Below are positions 1 through 11,176 of a DNA stretch of 64,000 nt, in pieces. Origin of the DNA: Sedimenticola sp. GTDB taxonomy: Bacteria; Pseudomonadota; Gammaproteobacteria; Chromatiales; Chromatiaceae. The notes beneath the pieces were generated by a model. It did not search any database. It was not told where the DNA came from and saw nothing but the letters and a program-made list of their open reading frames with translations. The position numbers and the translations under genes are program-made. The DNA is taken from contig JALVTT010000157.1 of NCBI GenBank assembly GCA_027024025.1, positions 128 through 64,127 on the forward strand, in the 5' to 3' direction. Position 1 is the stretch's first letter; every line of letters starts with the position of its first letter.

Positions 1-2210
1 CGACGATGCCCGTAGAGAAGACCTCGCCGCCCCTCCAAACCAGCCAAGCGAACAGGAACCTGGACCAGGGCCTGGCCTGGGACGCCTGTGCCGCGGGCCG
101 GCTGCCGGCCGCCGCCGACACCGCCACCGATGCACAGGCGCCGGTCTCGGTGGATGCCGACAGCGCGACCGCCTCCGACATCGACCAGAAGCTGAGCCTC
201 AGCGGCAGTGTGGTGCTACGGCAGGGCAGCCAGTCGATGCTGGCCGAACAGATGCAATACCAGCGTGACAGCGGCCAGCTGCACGCCCAGGGCGACGTCC
301 TGCTCAAGCGCCCCGACCTGCGCCTGAGCGCCGCCCAGGTGGACTACAACCTGCGCTCGGGCCGCGGCACGGCCGAGCAGGCCGAGTACCGCCTGCCGGG
401 CATCCTGGCGCGCGGTACCGCCGAGAAGGCCGAGCTGATCGACAAAGCCAACAGCCGCTACACCCGGATCAACTACACCACCTGCCCGCCCGGCAACAGC
501 GCCTGGCAGCTGAGCGCGGACTCCCTGACACTGGACACCGCCGAGGGCCTGGGCACCGCGAAGAACGCCAAACTGAGCCTGGGCGGCGTGCCGGTGGCCT
601 GGCTGCCGACCCTGACCTTCCCGATCGATGATCGGCGCCGCAGCGGCGTGCTGCCGCCCTCTCTCGGCTATGGCGACAAGCTGGGCGTGGACCTGAGCGC
701 GCCCTACTACTTCAACCTCGCGCCCAACTACGACCTGACCCTGACCCCGCGCCTGATGAGTCGGCGCGGCCTGATGCTGGACGGCGAGTTCCGCTTCCTG
801 ACCGACAGACACCAAGGCGAGATCCAGGCCAGCTTCCTCCCTCACGACCGAAAGGCGACCGGCAGATCCAGACGCGGCAGCCTGTCACTCAAGACCCGCA
901 GCCAGTTCACCGAACGGCTCGGCGGCAGCACCAATATCAACTATGTATCGGACAACGCCTTCCTGTCGGACTTCGGCCCGGACCTCGAGACCTACAGCCA
1001 GTCCCACCTGAGGCGCTTCGGCGAACTCCATTACCAGGCGCAGAAGTGGTCCAGCTCGCTGGCCCTGGAACAGTTCCAGACCATCGATCCGGGCATCGCC
1101 CCCGCCGACCGTCCCTACGCGACCCTGCCGCGCTGGCGTTTCAACTTCGCCGACCAACCGGCCTCCAGCGTACCAGTCCGCTATGACCTGGACGCGGAGT
1201 GGGTGAATTTCCGCAAGAGCGGCGGCGTGGTCGAGGGGCAACGCCTGGACCTGAAGCCCTCCATCGCGCTGCCCAGACGCGAGAGCGGGTATCACCTGAT
1301 CCCGCGCGCGGCGCTGCGCTATACGCGCTACTCACTGAAACACCAGACCGCCGGCCTCGGCGCCCATCCGGACCGGCTCACCCCCATCCTGAGCCTGGAC
1401 GGCGGCCTCTATTTCGACCGCCGCACGAGCTGGTTCGGCCATGCCGCCAACCAGACCCTGGAGCCCCGCGCCTACTATCTGTTCGTGCCACGCAAGGGGC
1501 AGTCGAAGCTGCCGGTCTTCGACACCGCGCGATACGATTTCTCGTTCGACAGCCTGTTCCGCGACAACCGCTTCAGCAGCGCCGACCGCCAGGGCGACGC
1601 CAACCAGCTCACGCTGGCGCTGAGCACCCGCATCGACGACGCGGACAGCGGCCGCGAGCTGCTGCACGCCGACCTGGGCGGCATCGTCTATTTCGACGAC
1701 CGCCGGGTGCAACTGCCCGGGAGCACCACCCAGACCGACAGCAGCTCCCCGCTGATCACCGACATTAGCGCCTGGCTCGGCCAGAGCTGGCGGGCCCGGG
1801 GCCAGATGGCATGGAACCCCCACAGCAACGTAGTTGAACAGGCCCTGGCCCGGGTCAGCTACCGCGGCGACGACAGCCACATCTTCAGCGCCGCCTACCG
1901 CCTGCGTGACACGGTCTCCACCCAGAGCGATTTAGGCCTAATCTGGCCGCTCGGCCCACAGACCCGCGCCATCGCGCGCTGGAACTACTCGATCAGCGAG
2001 CGGCGCAATCTCGACGCCCTCGCCGGCATCGAATACGGCAAGTGCTGCTGGAAGGTGCGCGCCCTGCTGCGCCAGCAGGTCACGGGAACCAACAACCAGC
2101 AGAACCTGTCCTTCCTGCTGCAACTCGAACTCAGAGGCCTGGGCAAACTAGGCGACAACATCGATGCCCTGTTGAAGGACGGCATCTACGGCTACCGCAG
2201 AGAACCATGA
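1..2210 (+). CDS. lptD: LPS-assembly outer-membrane protein LptD (OstA/Imp), probably 5'-truncated by the window edge
   Basis: The 734-aa ORF (6..2210) is open to the window edge and has no signal peptide. It is a large beta-barrel-like protein. It sits in the canonical lptD-surA-pdxA order with an ATGA overlap to the next gene. Confidence 0.8.
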   Translation, partial: TMPVEKTSPPLQTSQANRNLDQGLAWDACAAGRLPAAADTATDAQAPVSVDADSATASDIDQKLSLSGSVVLRQGSQSMLAEQMQYQRDSGQLHAQGDVLLKRPDLRLSAAQVDYNLRSGRGTAEQAEYRLPGILARGTAEKAELIDKANSRYTRINYTTCPPGNSAWQLSADSLTLDTAEGLGTAKNAKLSLGGVPVAWLPTLTFPIDDRRRSGVLPPSLGYGDKLGVDLSAPYYFNLAPNYDLTLTPRLMSRRGLMLDGEFRFLTDRHQGEIQASFLPHDRKATGRSRRGSLSLKTRSQFTERLGGSTNINYVSDNAFLSDFGPDLETYSQSHLRRFGELHYQAQKWSSSLALEQFQTIDPGIAPADRPYATLPRWRFNFADQPASSVPVRYDLDAEWVNFRKSGGVVEGQRLDLKPSIALPRRESGYHLIPRAALRYTRYSLKHQTAGLGAHPDRLTPILSLDGGLYFDRRTSWFGHAANQTLEPRAYYLFVPRKGQSKLPVFDTARYDFSFDSLFRDNRFSSADRQGDANQLTLALSTRIDDADSGRELLHADLGGIVYFDDRRVQLPGSTTQTDSSSPLITDISAWLGQSWRARGQMAWNPHSNVVEQALARVSYRGDDSHIFSAAYRLRDTVSTQSDLGLIWPLGPQTRAIARWNYSISERRNLDALAGIEYGKCCWKVRALLRQQVTGTNNQQNLSFLLQLELRGLGKLGDNIDALLKDGIYGYRREP

Positions 2211-3517
2211 CCAAACGACTCCAACACACCCTCGCACATCTCGCACTCATTCTACTGCTGGCGCCCAACGCCGCGCTGCCGGCCCAGCTGCTGGACCGCA
2301 TCGTGGCGGTGGCCGGGGAAGACGCGGTCATGCTCAGCGAGCTACGCGACAAGGCCCGCGAGCTGATGGCCAAGCTGCAGGCCACCCACGTCCAGCCCAT
2401 GCCCAGCGGTAAACAGATCGTGGATAGCGCCCTTAACGAGCTGATCCTGGAAAAACTAGAGCTGGCCGAGGCAAAACGCCTAGGCATCACCGCCGATCCG
2501 AACACCGTGGACAAAGCAATGCGGAGGATCGCCTCGAAGAACAATTTGGACATGCAGCAGCTGACCCAGGCCCTGCAATCCGAGGGCATGAGCCTGGACC
2601 AGTTCCGGCGCAAGATCAAAAACCAAATCATCCTCTCGCGCCTGATCAACCGCGAGGTCACCAACCACATCCAGGTCTCCAAGTCCGAGATCGACCAGTA
2701 CCTGGCGCGGCAGAAGGCGGCCCCCGACAGCCGCCGCGAGGTACATCTGATGCACATCCTCATCGCCACCCGGGACGGCGCCTCGCCGGAGCAGATCGCC
2801 CAGGCACGCGACAAGGCGCTAAAGGCGCGCAAGCTGCTGGACAAGGGCGAGGACTTCGCCAAGGTGGCGCAGCGCTATTCGGACGCCAGCAACGCCATCC
2901 GCGGCGGTGACCTGGGCTGGGCCAAGATGGGGCAGCTCACCCCGAACATGGCCGAACTGGTCTCCAAGGCGAAGCCCGGCGATGTCATCGGCCCCATCCG
3001 CAGCGGCGCGGGCTTCCACCTGATCAAGGTGGCGGGCTTTCGTGGCGGCAAGGACCAACGCAAGATCGTGCCCCAGATACACGCCCGTCATATCCTGATC
3101 CGCACCGACGAGGTCACCTCCGACCAGGACGCCAGACAACGTCTGGAACAGCTGCGCGAACGCGCTCTCAACGGCGAGGACTTCAGCGCCCTGGCGCGCG
3201 CCAACTCGCAGGATCCGGGTTCCGCCATCAAGGGTGGCGACCTGGGCTGGGTCAGCCCCGGCACCATGGTGCCGGAGTTTGAGGCCAAGATGGCCGCCCT
3301 GCCGGACGGCGGCATCAGCGAGCCCTTCAAGACCCGCTTCGGATGGCACATCGTGCAGGTGCTCGGGCACCGCCAACACGACGAGACCGAGGAGGCCCGC
3401 CGCCTGGCCGCCAAAAAAGCAATCCGCGACCGCAAGGCCAAGGAGGCCACCGAACAGTACCTGCGGCGCCTGCGCGACGAGGCCTATGTCGATATCCGCC
3501 CGGACGAGGACATATGA
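2207..3517 (+). CDS. surA: Periplasmic chaperone / peptidyl-prolyl isomerase SurA
   Basis: The start at MTKRLQHTL is followed by a signal peptide. There are two parvulin-like segments (GGDLGW...GFHLIKV and GGDLGW...GWHIVQV). ATGA overlaps occur with lptD and pdxA. Confidence 0.9.
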   Translation: MTKRLQHTLAHLALILLLAPNAALPAQLLDRIVAVAGEDAVMLSELRDKARELMAKLQATHVQPMPSGKQIVDSALNELILEKLELAEAKRLGITADPNTVDKAMRRIASKNNLDMQQLTQALQSEGMSLDQFRRKIKNQIILSRLINREVTNHIQVSKSEIDQYLARQKAAPDSRREVHLMHILIATRDGASPEQIAQARDKALKARKLLDKGEDFAKVAQRYSDASNAIRGGDLGWAKMGQLTPNMAELVSKAKPGDVIGPIRSGAGFHLIKVAGFRGGKDQRKIVPQIHARHILIRTDEVTSDQDARQRLEQLRERALNGEDFSALARANSQDPGSAIKGGDLGWVSPGTMVPEFEAKMAALPDGGISEPFKTRFGWHIVQVLGHRQHDETEEARRLAAKKAIRDRKAKEATEQYLRRLRDEAYVDIRPDEDI

Positions 3518-4479
3518 CGCCGCGCCCCCTGGCGCTCACTCCGGGTGAGCCCGCTGGGATCGGTCCCGATCTGGTCGTCCGCATCGCCCAGCGCGCCTGG
3601 TCCCGGCCCCTAGTGGCCGTGGCCGATCCCGAACTGCTGCGGACGCGCGCCCGGGCCCTGGGACTGCCCCTGCGGCTGCTCGATCCCGTTGACGACACAC
3701 CGGCGCCGGCCGGCAGCCTCTATTGCCGGCCGGTCGCGCTGCGCGCGGCCGTCCGCCCCGGCCGGCTGGACCCGGTCAACGCCGCCTATGTGCTGGAGAC
3801 CCTGCGCAGCGCGGCCCAGGGCTGTCTGGACGGCCGTTACGCCGGCCTGGTGACCGCGCCGGTGCACAAGGGCGTGATCAACGATGCCGGCATCCCCTTC
3901 ACCGGGCACACCGAGTTCCTGGCCGGACTGAGCGGCGGCCATCCGGTGATGATGCTCGCCTGCCCCGGCCTGCGCGTGGCCCTGGCCACCACCCACCTGC
4001 CGCTGCGCGAGGTCGCCGACGCCATCACCCCGCAGCGCCTGGAGCGGGTGATCCGCATCCTGGAACAGGATCTGCGGGGGCGCTTCGGCATCGCCCGGCC
4101 ACGGATCCTGGTATGCGGCCTCAACCCGCACGCCGGCGAGGGCGGTCATCTGGGGCGGGAGGAGATCGAGATCATCGAACCCACCCTGGCCGGACTGCGC
4201 GAGCAGGGCATGGACCTGCAGGGACCGCTGCCGGCGGACACCCTGTTCACGCCGCGCCACCTGGCACAGGCCGACGCGGTGCTCGCCATGTACCACGACC
4301 AGGGCCTGCCGGTGCTTAAGCACAAGGGCTTTGGCGAGGCGGTCAACATCACCCTGGGCCTGCCCATCGTGCGCACCTCGGTCGACCACGGCACGGCCCT
4401 GGACCTGGCCGGCAGCGACCGCGCCGACCCCGGCAGCCTGGTGGCCGCCATCGAGCAGGCGCTGGCGATGACCGAATGA
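3514..4479 (+). CDS. pdxA: 4-hydroxythreonine-4-phosphate dehydrogenase PdxA
   Basis: The N-terminus [20 protein letters not shown], the motifs HTEFLA and [11 protein letters not shown], and the synteny after surA support the call. Confidence 0.9.
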   Translation: MTPRPLALTPGEPAGIGPDLVVRIAQRAWSRPLVAVADPELLRTRARALGLPLRLLDPVDDTPAPAGSLYCRPVALRAAVRPGRLDPVNAAYVLETLRSAAQGCLDGRYAGLVTAPVHKGVINDAGIPFTGHTEFLAGLSGGHPVMMLACPGLRVALATTHLPLREVADAITPQRLERVIRILEQDLRGRFGIARPRILVCGLNPHAGEGGHLGREEIEIIEPTLAGLREQGMDLQGPLPADTLFTPRHLAQADAVLAMYHDQGLPVLKHKGFGEAVNITLGLPIVRTSVDHGTALDLAGSDRADPGSLVAAIEQALAMTE

Positions 4480-4677
4480 CCGCAGGCGCCGGCCCTCACC
4501 CCCCGCAAGCGTCATTACCGTCCGGGGCAAATAAACAAAACCTCTGCCGTGAACAAAGAACCCTGCCATTGCCGGGAGCGCCGGCGTCTCGCCGGCATTC
4601 CGAGGGGGCTCATCCCATCCGTCGCCGCTTGTAGTCGCTGCGCGGCAGGCCATTCTGGTTGCGGGCGGCGGCCCGGC

Positions 4678-5616
4678 TCAGTTTTCGCGCTCGATCTTCT
4701 CCTTGACCCGCAGCGCCACCTCCAGCGCGCGCAGGCCGGTCTCGCCGCCGACCAGGGGCGGCTCGCCCGTGCGGATGGACTGCACGAAGGCGTCGATCTC
4801 GGCATCCAGCGGCTTGACCGGCTCGATCGCCACCCGCTCGGCCACGATCTCGGGCCATTCCGCGCCGGCCTGCTTCTCGGGATAGGCGATATCCAGGGTC
4901 TGCTCGATGAAGTCCAGCGATTGATAACGATGGTGTTCGAACACCCGGATGCGGCGCATGCGCTCGCGCGAGACGCGGCTGGCGATGACATTGGCCACCG
5001 CGCCGTTGGCGAACTCCAGGCGCGCGTTGGCGATATCCAGATGATCGGTCAGCACCGCCGCGCCGGCGGCCGAGATATGGCGGATCTCGCTGTCGATCAG
5101 CGACAGCACGATGTCGATGTCGTGGATCATCAGGTCGGAGATCACATCCACGTCGGTGGCGCGCGCCACGAAGGGGCTCATGCGGTGCGCCTCGATGAAA
5201 CGCGGCGATTCGATGCGTTCCGCCAGCGCCATGACCCCGGCATTGAAGCGTTCCAGATGCCCGATCTGCAGGATCACTCCGGCCGCCCCGGCCAGGCGCA
5301 CGATCTCGGCGCCCGCCTCCACCGAGCTGGCGATGGGTTTCTCCAGAAGGACATGCCGGCTGGCCTCGAGGCAGGGACGGGTGACATCCAGGTGAACGCT
5401 GGTCGGAACCACGATGCTGAGCGCATCGACCCGTTCGATCAGGGCGGCGAGATCGTCGAAGACCTCGCAGCCGGCCTCATCGGCCACCTTGCGCGCCGTT
5501 TCCGGATCGGTATCCAGCACCCCGACCAGGTCCACCCCGGGATGCCGCGCATGGATGAGGGCATGAAAGCGCCCCAGATAGCCGACGCCCACGACGCCCA
5601 CGGCCAGCTTTTTCAC
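4678..5616 (-). CDS. Gfo/Idh/MocA family NAD(P)-dependent oxidoreductase
   Basis: N-terminal Rossmann motif VGVVGVGYLGRFH and an EKP motif (LLEKPIA). GTG start with a GGGAGAA Shine-Dalgarno sequence. Confidence 0.8.
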   Translation of the reverse strand: MKKLAVGVVGVGYLGRFHALIHARHPGVDLVGVLDTDPETARKVADEAGCEVFDDLAALIERVDALSIVVPTSVHLDVTRPCLEASRHVLLEKPIASSVEAGAEIVRLAGAAGVILQIGHLERFNAGVMALAERIESPRFIEAHRMSPFVARATDVDVISDLMIHDIDIVLSLIDSEIRHISAAGAAVLTDHLDIANARLEFANGAVANVIASRVSRERMRRIRVFEHHRYQSLDFIEQTLDIAYPEKQAGAEWPEIVAERVAIEPVKPLDAEIDAFVQSIRTGEPPLVGGETGLRALEVALRVKEKIEREN

Positions 5617-5681
5617 TATGGTTCTCCCGCTACTGCCAAAGTAGGAAAGGGTAACAGCCGGGCCGCCTGGGTGCTATTTCT

Positions 5682-5978
5682 TCAATACCGGCGGTTACCC
5701 AATATCCACACCGTTATCAAAGCGCTTAGACCGCGCATTTCTCTCGCACAATGCCGATGAGTACGCAAAATATGCCGTGGTGTAGTTCGGTCATCAGCTA
5801 CTTGCGTCAGATGCCGGCAGTCGGGAGCATGATGGCGAAGTGGCGCATAGGCAGTGCCACCCAGACCTTCGGCGCGAACCTGAACAACCAAAGTCAAGGA
5901 AAGAGCGGCAAGCGTGGTGACCGCCCAGACCACGAGCGGATCGGGTCGGAACCCAAAGCTATGATGAGAATATTTCAT
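5682..5978 (-). CDS. Hypothetical small protein with an N-terminal hydrophobic segment
   Basis: 98-aa ORF preceded by an AGAGGTGG Shine-Dalgarno sequence 4 nt upstream of the ATG. It lies in a lower-GC spacer and has no recognisable motif. Confidence 0.3.
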   Translation of the reverse strand: MKYSHHSFGFRPDPLVVWAVTTLAALSLTLVVQVRAEGLGGTAYAPLRHHAPDCRHLTQVADDRTTPRHILRTHRHCAREMRGLSALITVWILGNRRY

Positions 5979-6148
5979 GGGACCACCTCTTAAGCACTCA
6001 GGGTGACCCGAATATGGCTACTGGGCAGCGGGAAAAACGTGTATCCGCGCACGCCAAGGCCAGATCCCATCAATTCCGCTCCGAAACAAGGAGACCTGTC
6101 ACGTCTAGACTGGACCCGCTTGGCAGGCACCGCGTGAGGCCGCTCACG

Positions 6149-6619
6149 TCATTTCTTCGCTTTCTTATTTTCAGTTTCCTCTTCCACCGCCCCGCCAGCC
6201 TTGAGCGCCGCCGCCACCCGGGACTGACCGGCCAGGGTGGCCAGGGCCAGGGCGCTCTTGCCGGCCGCGTTCTTGAGATTGGGATCGGCCCCGGAGGCCA
6301 GCAACAGACGCACCACCCGCAGATGGCCGTAGGCGCTGGCCCCCATCAGGGCGGTGTTGCCGGCGCCGTCGGCGGCGTTCACATCGGCGCCGGCCAGGAT
6401 CAGCTCGCGCGCGGTGCGCAGATTGCCGCTGGCCGCGGCGATCACCAGAAGCGGACGCCCGGCCGCGTTCTTGCCGTTGGCATCCCCACCGGCCGCCAGC
6501 AGATCACGCACCGCCTGTACCCGTCCGCCGCCCACCGCCGCCAGCAGCGCCGCGGGATCGCCCGCGGCCTGCAGCTGCGCGCAGCACAGCAGCGCCAGTG
6601 CCGTCAGTATCCGCTTCAT
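6149..6619 (-). CDS. Secreted ankyrin-repeat protein
   Basis: Signal peptide MKRILTALALLCCAQLQAAG, followed by about 4 ANK-like repeats (G.TALM.A...GH..VV.LLL..GAD.N). Confidence 0.8.
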   Translation of the reverse strand: MKRILTALALLCCAQLQAAGDPAALLAAVGGGRVQAVRDLLAAGGDANGKNAAGRPLLVIAAASGNLRTARELILAGADVNAADGAGNTALMGASAYGHLRVVRLLLASGADPNLKNAAGKSALALATLAGQSRVAAALKAGGAVEEETENKKAKK

Positions 6620-6785
6620 CGCTTTCCTCGCCCACTATCCGGTTTGCCCCGCGGGACCACGCCATCAGACGACACCACGGCCTGCGGCGTCTTGGGTGAC
6701 ATCCCCCGCATCTACTCCGGCATATCGGCCAGCCGGGACCGGTCTTGAGTTAGAATGTGCGGGTTCAAACAAGGCAATCCATCCC

Positions 6786-7169
6786 ATGTCATCCAAGCAA
6801 GCACCCCGGATCGAGATCCGCGTCGACACCCAGTATGTGGAAGAACAGTCCGAGCCGGCCTCGGACCGCTACGTGTTCGCCTACACCATCACCCTGGCCA
6901 ACCCGGGCACGGTGGGCGCGCGCCTGCTCAACCGGCACTGGATCATCACCGACGCCAACAACAAGGTCGAGGAAGTGCGGGGCGAGGGCGTGGTCGGCGA
7001 ACAGCCCCATCTCAAGCCGGGCGACGAATACCGCTACACCAGCGGCGCCATCCTGGAGACCCCGGTCGGTACCATGCAGGGCGAATACGAGTTCGTGACC
7101 GACGAGGGACAGAGCTTCCTGGCCCCGATCGAACGCTTCACCCTGTCCATCCCGCGCACCCTGCACTGA
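6786..7169 (+). CDS. apaG: ApaG (DUF525) protein
   Basis: 127 aa starting MSSKQAPRIEIRV, with FAYTITLAN..RHWIITDA and GEQP.L.PGE.Y.YTSG. It lies directly upstream of apaH. Confidence 0.9.
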   Translation: MSSKQAPRIEIRVDTQYVEEQSEPASDRYVFAYTITLANPGTVGARLLNRHWIITDANNKVEEVRGEGVVGEQPHLKPGDEYRYTSGAILETPVGTMQGEYEFVTDEGQSFLAPIERFTLSIPRTLH

Positions 7170-7176
7170 GCCCCGC

Positions 7177-8022
7177 ATGGCGGTCTACGCGGTCGGCGAT
7201 ATCCAGGGCTGCTACGACGAGCTGCGCCGGGCCCTGGACGCCATCGGCTTCGACCCGGCCCACGACCGTCTCTGGTTCGTCGGCGATCTGGTCAACCGGG
7301 GGCCGCGTTCCCTGGAGGTGCTGCGCTTCGTCTCCGGCCTGGGCGAGGCGGCCGTCTGCGTGCTCGGCAACCACGACCTGCACCTGCTGGCGATCGCCAG
7401 CGGCAACGACTCGCGCGCGCCCCAGGACAGCCTGGACGCGGTGCTGGACGCCCCCGACCGGGACGCGCTGCTGCACTGGCTGCGGCACCGCCCCCTGATG
7501 CACCACGACCCGGCGCTGAACTTCGCCCTGCTGCACGCCGGCCTGCCGCCGCAGTGGGACATCGAGGAGGCGGGGCGGCACGCGCGCGAGGTCGAGGCGG
7601 TGCTGCGCGACGAGACCGGACACCGCGCCTTCTTCGCCGACATGTATGGCAACAAGCCCAAGCGCTGGCGGCCCGAACTCAGCGGCATGGGCCGGCTGCG
7701 CTTCATCACCAACTGCTTCACCCGGCTGCGCTTCTGCACGCGCAAGGGCAAGCTGAAACTCAAGGACAAGGGCCCGCCGGGCACCCAGAGCAGCCCCAAG
7801 GCCATGCCCTGGTTCGAGGTGCCGGGGCGCGCCAGCGCCGACACCCGGATCGTGTTCGGGCACTGGTCCACCCTGGGATATGTGGCCTGCCACAATGTCT
7901 GGGCCATCGACACCGGCTGTCTGTGGGGCGGTCGGCTGAGCCTGCTGCGCATCGACCGTCCGCAGCCCGAGCTGTTCCAGCTGCCCTGCCCCCGCGCCCA
8001 GGATCCGGCCCGCTTCAGCTGA
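7177..8022 (+). CDS. apaH: Bis(5'-nucleosyl)-tetraphosphatase, symmetrical (ApaH)
   Basis: Metallophosphatase motifs VGDIQGC, GDLVNRG and GNHD. Synteny with apaG. Confidence 0.9.
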   Translation: MAVYAVGDIQGCYDELRRALDAIGFDPAHDRLWFVGDLVNRGPRSLEVLRFVSGLGEAAVCVLGNHDLHLLAIASGNDSRAPQDSLDAVLDAPDRDALLHWLRHRPLMHHDPALNFALLHAGLPPQWDIEEAGRHAREVEAVLRDETGHRAFFADMYGNKPKRWRPELSGMGRLRFITNCFTRLRFCTRKGKLKLKDKGPPGTQSSPKAMPWFEVPGRASADTRIVFGHWSTLGYVACHNVWAIDTGCLWGGRLSLLRIDRPQPELFQLPCPRAQDPARFS

Positions 8023-8066
8023 CAAGGGTGTCGAAAAAGTCCAGGAACGGCCTTTTCGAGGTCCGG

Positions 8067-8483
8067 CTACAGATCGACCAGCTCGAAATCGTGCGTGATC
8101 TCGGCCATGGCGCCGAGCATGATGGAAGCCGAACAGTATTTCTCGGCGCTCAGCCCCACCGCGCGCGAGACCGCCTTCTCGCTCAGGCCGCGGCCACCCA
8201 CCCGGAAATGGGCGTGGATGCGGGTGAACACCTTGGGCTCGGTCCGCGCCCGCTCGGCGGTCAGATCCACCTCGCAGAACCGTACGTCCTGACGGGATTT
8301 TTTCAGGATATGGACCACATCGAACTCGCTGCAGCCCCCCATGCCCAGGAGCAGCATCTCCATGGGCCGCACCCCCAGATTGCGTCCGCCGTGTTCCTCG
8401 GGGCCGTCCATGACCACGGCATGCCCGCTGCCGGATTCACCCACCATCAGGGCCCCTTCGACCCACTTGACCCGTGCTTTCAT
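8067..8483 (-). CDS. OsmC/Ohr-family peroxiredoxin-like protein
   Basis: 138 aa from MKARVKW, with two conserved Cys contexts (GMGGCSEFD and EKYCSAS). The upstream part of the listed 169-aa ORF is probably not translated. Confidence 0.7.
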   Translation of the reverse strand: MKARVKWVEGALMVGESGSGHAVVMDGPEEHGGRNLGVRPMEMLLLGMGGCSEFDVVHILKKSRQDVRFCEVDLTAERARTEPKVFTRIHAHFRVGGRGLSEKAVSRAVGLSAEKYCSASIMLGAMAEITHDFELVDL

Positions 8484-8588
8484 CAGAATTGGCTCACAAA
8501 ATCGAAGATTGGGCCGCCAGTATAGTTCGACATTGGTGGAGAGTCTGCCTAGAATTCCCACGAGACCCAAGCACAAATTAGTTTGACC

Positions 8589-9260
8589 ATGACACAGTTA
8601 TCCACCCGCAGCATCGTAAGGCCCCCGCCCAAGGATCCAACCTGGCTGGAACCGTTTCTCGCGCACTGTCATCGGCGGAAGTATCCAAACAAAACCGATT
8701 TCATCCATCCCGGCGACTCGGCAGACAGCATCTTTTACCTGGTCTCGGGCCAGGTCACGGTGCTGATGGAGGACGACGACGGGCGCGAGATCATTCTCAC
8801 CTATCTGAACAAGGGCGAGTTCATCGGCGAGATGGGCCTGTTCATCCCCCAGCCCACCCGCTCGGTGACGGTGCGCACCCGCGCGCCCTGTGAGCTGGCC
8901 GAGATCTCCTACGCCAAGCTGGAGCAGCTGTTCGAGAGTGATCTGCAGGCCCATACCAAGGACATCCTCTACGCCATCGGCCGCCAGCTCACCGAGCGCC
9001 TGGTGGCCACCAGCCAGAAGGTGAGCCACCTCGCCTTCCTGGACGTGACCGGGCGCATCGCCGGCACCCTGCTGGACCTGTGCAAGCAGCCCGACGCCAT
9101 GACCCACCCCGACGGCATGCAGATCCGCATCACCCGCCAGGAGATCGGTCGCATCGTCGGCTGCTCGCGCGAGATGGCCGGGCGGGTGCTCAAGGACCTG
9201 GAAGAACGCGGCCTGATCAGCGTCTCGGGCAAGACCATCGTGGTCTTCGGCACCCGCTGA
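8589..9260 (+). CDS. crp: cAMP-receptor-protein family global regulator (Crp/Vfr)
   Basis: The C-terminal helix-turn-helix [43 protein letters not shown] is near-identical in pattern to enterobacterial CRP. There is an N-terminal cNMP-binding domain. Confidence 0.85.
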   Translation: MTQLSTRSIVRPPPKDPTWLEPFLAHCHRRKYPNKTDFIHPGDSADSIFYLVSGQVTVLMEDDDGREIILTYLNKGEFIGEMGLFIPQPTRSVTVRTRAPCELAEISYAKLEQLFESDLQAHTKDILYAIGRQLTERLVATSQKVSHLAFLDVTGRIAGTLLDLCKQPDAMTHPDGMQIRITRQEIGRIVGCSREMAGRVLKDLEERGLISVSGKTIVVFGTR

Positions 9261-9267
9261 GGGCGGT

Positions 9268-9317
9268 CACCACAGAGGGCACAGAAACCCCTGTGATCTC
9301 TGGGCCCTCCGTGGTTG
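9268..9317. repeat. REP-like imperfect palindrome between convergent crp and trpC
   Basis: The arms ACCACAGAGGGCACAGA and TCTCTGGGCCCTCCGTGGT match at about 16 of 19 complementary positions. The element shares the CACCACA...CACAGAAA flavour with the elements at 11177 and 13399. Confidence 0.6.
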
Positions 9318-9323
9318 TTATCC

Positions 9324-10124
9324 CTACCCCCCGAACAGCTCGGCCAGGCGCTCGCCGGGGTCGGGCGCGCGCATGAAGGCCTCGCCCACCAGGAAGGCGT
9401 GCACCCCGTGGGCGCGCATGCGCGCCACATCCTCCGGGGTATGGATGCCGCTCTCGGTGACCACCATGCGCCCCTCGGGGATGGCGGGCAGCAGCTCCAG
9501 GGTGGCGTCCAGGCTCACCTCGAAGGTGCGCAGGTTGCGGTTGTTGATCCCCAGCAGGGCGCCGGGCAGGGCCAGGGCGCGTTGCAGCTCGTCGGCGTCG
9601 TGCACCTCCACCAGCACGTCCATGCCCAGGGACTGCGCCAGGCCGTTCAGCTCGGCCATGCGTTCGTCCTCCAGGCAGGCGACGATCAGCAGGATGCAGT
9701 CGGCGCCGATGGCGCGCGCCTCCACCACCTGGTAGGGATCGACGATGAAGTCCTTGCGGATCACCGGCAGCGCACAGGCGGCGCGTGCCTGCTGCAGATA
9801 GGCCTCGCTCCCCTGGAAGAAGTCGCGGTCGGTGAGCACCGACAGACAGGCCGCGCCGTGCCGGGCATAGCTGGCGGCGATGGCGGCGGGATCGAAGTCC
9901 TCGCGCAGCACGCCCTTCGACGGCGAGGCCTTCTTGATCTCGGCGATCACCCCCGCCCCGCCGGCGTCGATGCGCCGCCGCAGGGCGGCGACGAAGCCGC
10001 GCGGCGCATCGGCCGCGGCCGCCTGCTCGCGCAGGGCCTCCAGTGGGCGCTGCGCGGCGCGCGCCGCGATCTCCTCGCGCTTGCGCGCCACGATCTTCTT
10101 CAGGATGTCCGGGGTGCCGCTCAT
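9324..10124 (-). CDS. trpC: Indole-3-glycerol-phosphate synthase TrpC
   Basis: 266 aa from [12 protein letters not shown], with the motifs [18 protein letters not shown] and INNRNL. ATGA overlap with the trpD stop. Confidence 0.9.
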   Translation of the reverse strand: MSGTPDILKKIVARKREEIAARAAQRPLEALREQAAAADAPRGFVAALRRRIDAGGAGVIAEIKKASPSKGVLREDFDPAAIAASYARHGAACLSVLTDRDFFQGSEAYLQQARAACALPVIRKDFIVDPYQVVEARAIGADCILLIVACLEDERMAELNGLAQSLGMDVLVEVHDADELQRALALPGALLGINNRNLRTFEVSLDATLELLPAIPEGRMVVTESGIHTPEDVARMRAHGVHAFLVGEAFMRAPDPGERLAELFGG

Positions 10125-11152
10125 GCCGCGCCTCCCAGGCGTTGGGTGAGCGCCGCGAGCTGCTCCAGGCGCGCCAAGGCGGCGCCGGAGTCGAGCACCT
10201 GCTGGGCGCGGGCCACCCCGTCGGCCAGGCTGCCGGCCAGGTCGGCGGCATAGATGGCCGCGCCGGCGTTGAGCGCCACGATGTCGCGCGCAGGGCCGCG
10301 CCCCCCGGCCAGCACCTCGCGGATGATGGCCACGCTGGCCTCCGGTCCCTCGGCGCGGATCGCATCGAGGGACGCCCGCGCCAGGCCGAAGTCCTCGGGC
10401 GCGATGGCGTAGCGGCGGATGGCGCCATCCTTCAGCTCGGCCACCTCGGTCGCGTCGCCGATGCTGATCTCGTCGAGGCCGTCGCGCGAATGCACCACCA
10501 GCACATGGTGCGCGCCCAGGCGCTGCAGCACCTCGGCCATGGGCTGGAGCAGGTCCTCGCTGAACACCCCCAGCAGCAGATTGGGCACTCCGGCCGGGTT
10601 GGTCAGCGGCCCCAGGATGTTGAAGATGGTGCGCACCGCCATCTCCTTGCGCGGGCCGATGGCGTGCTTCATGGCGCTGTGGTGACCGGGGGCGAACATG
10701 AAGCCCACCCCGACCTCGCGCACGCACCGGCCCACCTGCTCGGGGCTCAGGCCCAGATGGATGCCGGCCGTCTCCAGGGCGTCGGCGCTGCCCGACTTGC
10801 TCGATACCGAGCGGTTGCCGTGCTTGGCCACATGGCAGCCGGCCGCGGCGGCGACGAACATGCTGGCGGTGGAGATGTTGAAGGTGCCGCTGGCATCCCC
10901 GCCGGTACCCACGATGTCCACCGCATGGGGCAGGTCGCCGATCTCCACCCCCGAGGCCAGCTCGCGCATCACCGAGGCGGCGGCGGTGATCTCGGTGACC
11001 GTCTCGCCCTTCATGCGCAGACCGATCAGAAAGCCGCCGATCTGGGCGTCGCTGGCCCCGCCGGTCATGATGGTGCGCATCACCTCGGTCATCTCCCCGG
11101 ACTCGAGGTCCCCGCCCTCGACCACCCGCGCGATCGCCTGTTGCATGTTCAT
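10121..11152 (-). CDS. trpD: Anthranilate phosphoribosyltransferase TrpD
   Basis: Starts [11 protein letters not shown]. Motifs include [25 protein letters not shown] and [10 protein letters not shown]. Confidence 0.9.
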   Translation of the reverse strand: MNMQQAIARVVEGGDLESGEMTEVMRTIMTGGASDAQIGGFLIGLRMKGETVTEITAAASVMRELASGVEIGDLPHAVDIVGTGGDASGTFNISTASMFVAAAAGCHVAKHGNRSVSSKSGSADALETAGIHLGLSPEQVGRCVREVGVGFMFAPGHHSAMKHAIGPRKEMAVRTIFNILGPLTNPAGVPNLLLGVFSEDLLQPMAEVLQRLGAHHVLVVHSRDGLDEISIGDATEVAELKDGAIRRYAIAPEDFGLARASLDAIRAEGPEASVAIIREVLAGGRGPARDIVALNAGAAIYAADLAGSLADGVARAQQVLDSGAALARLEQLAALTQRLGGAA

Positions 11153-11176
11153 GAAGCTTCTCCGGTTTCCTGTTTT

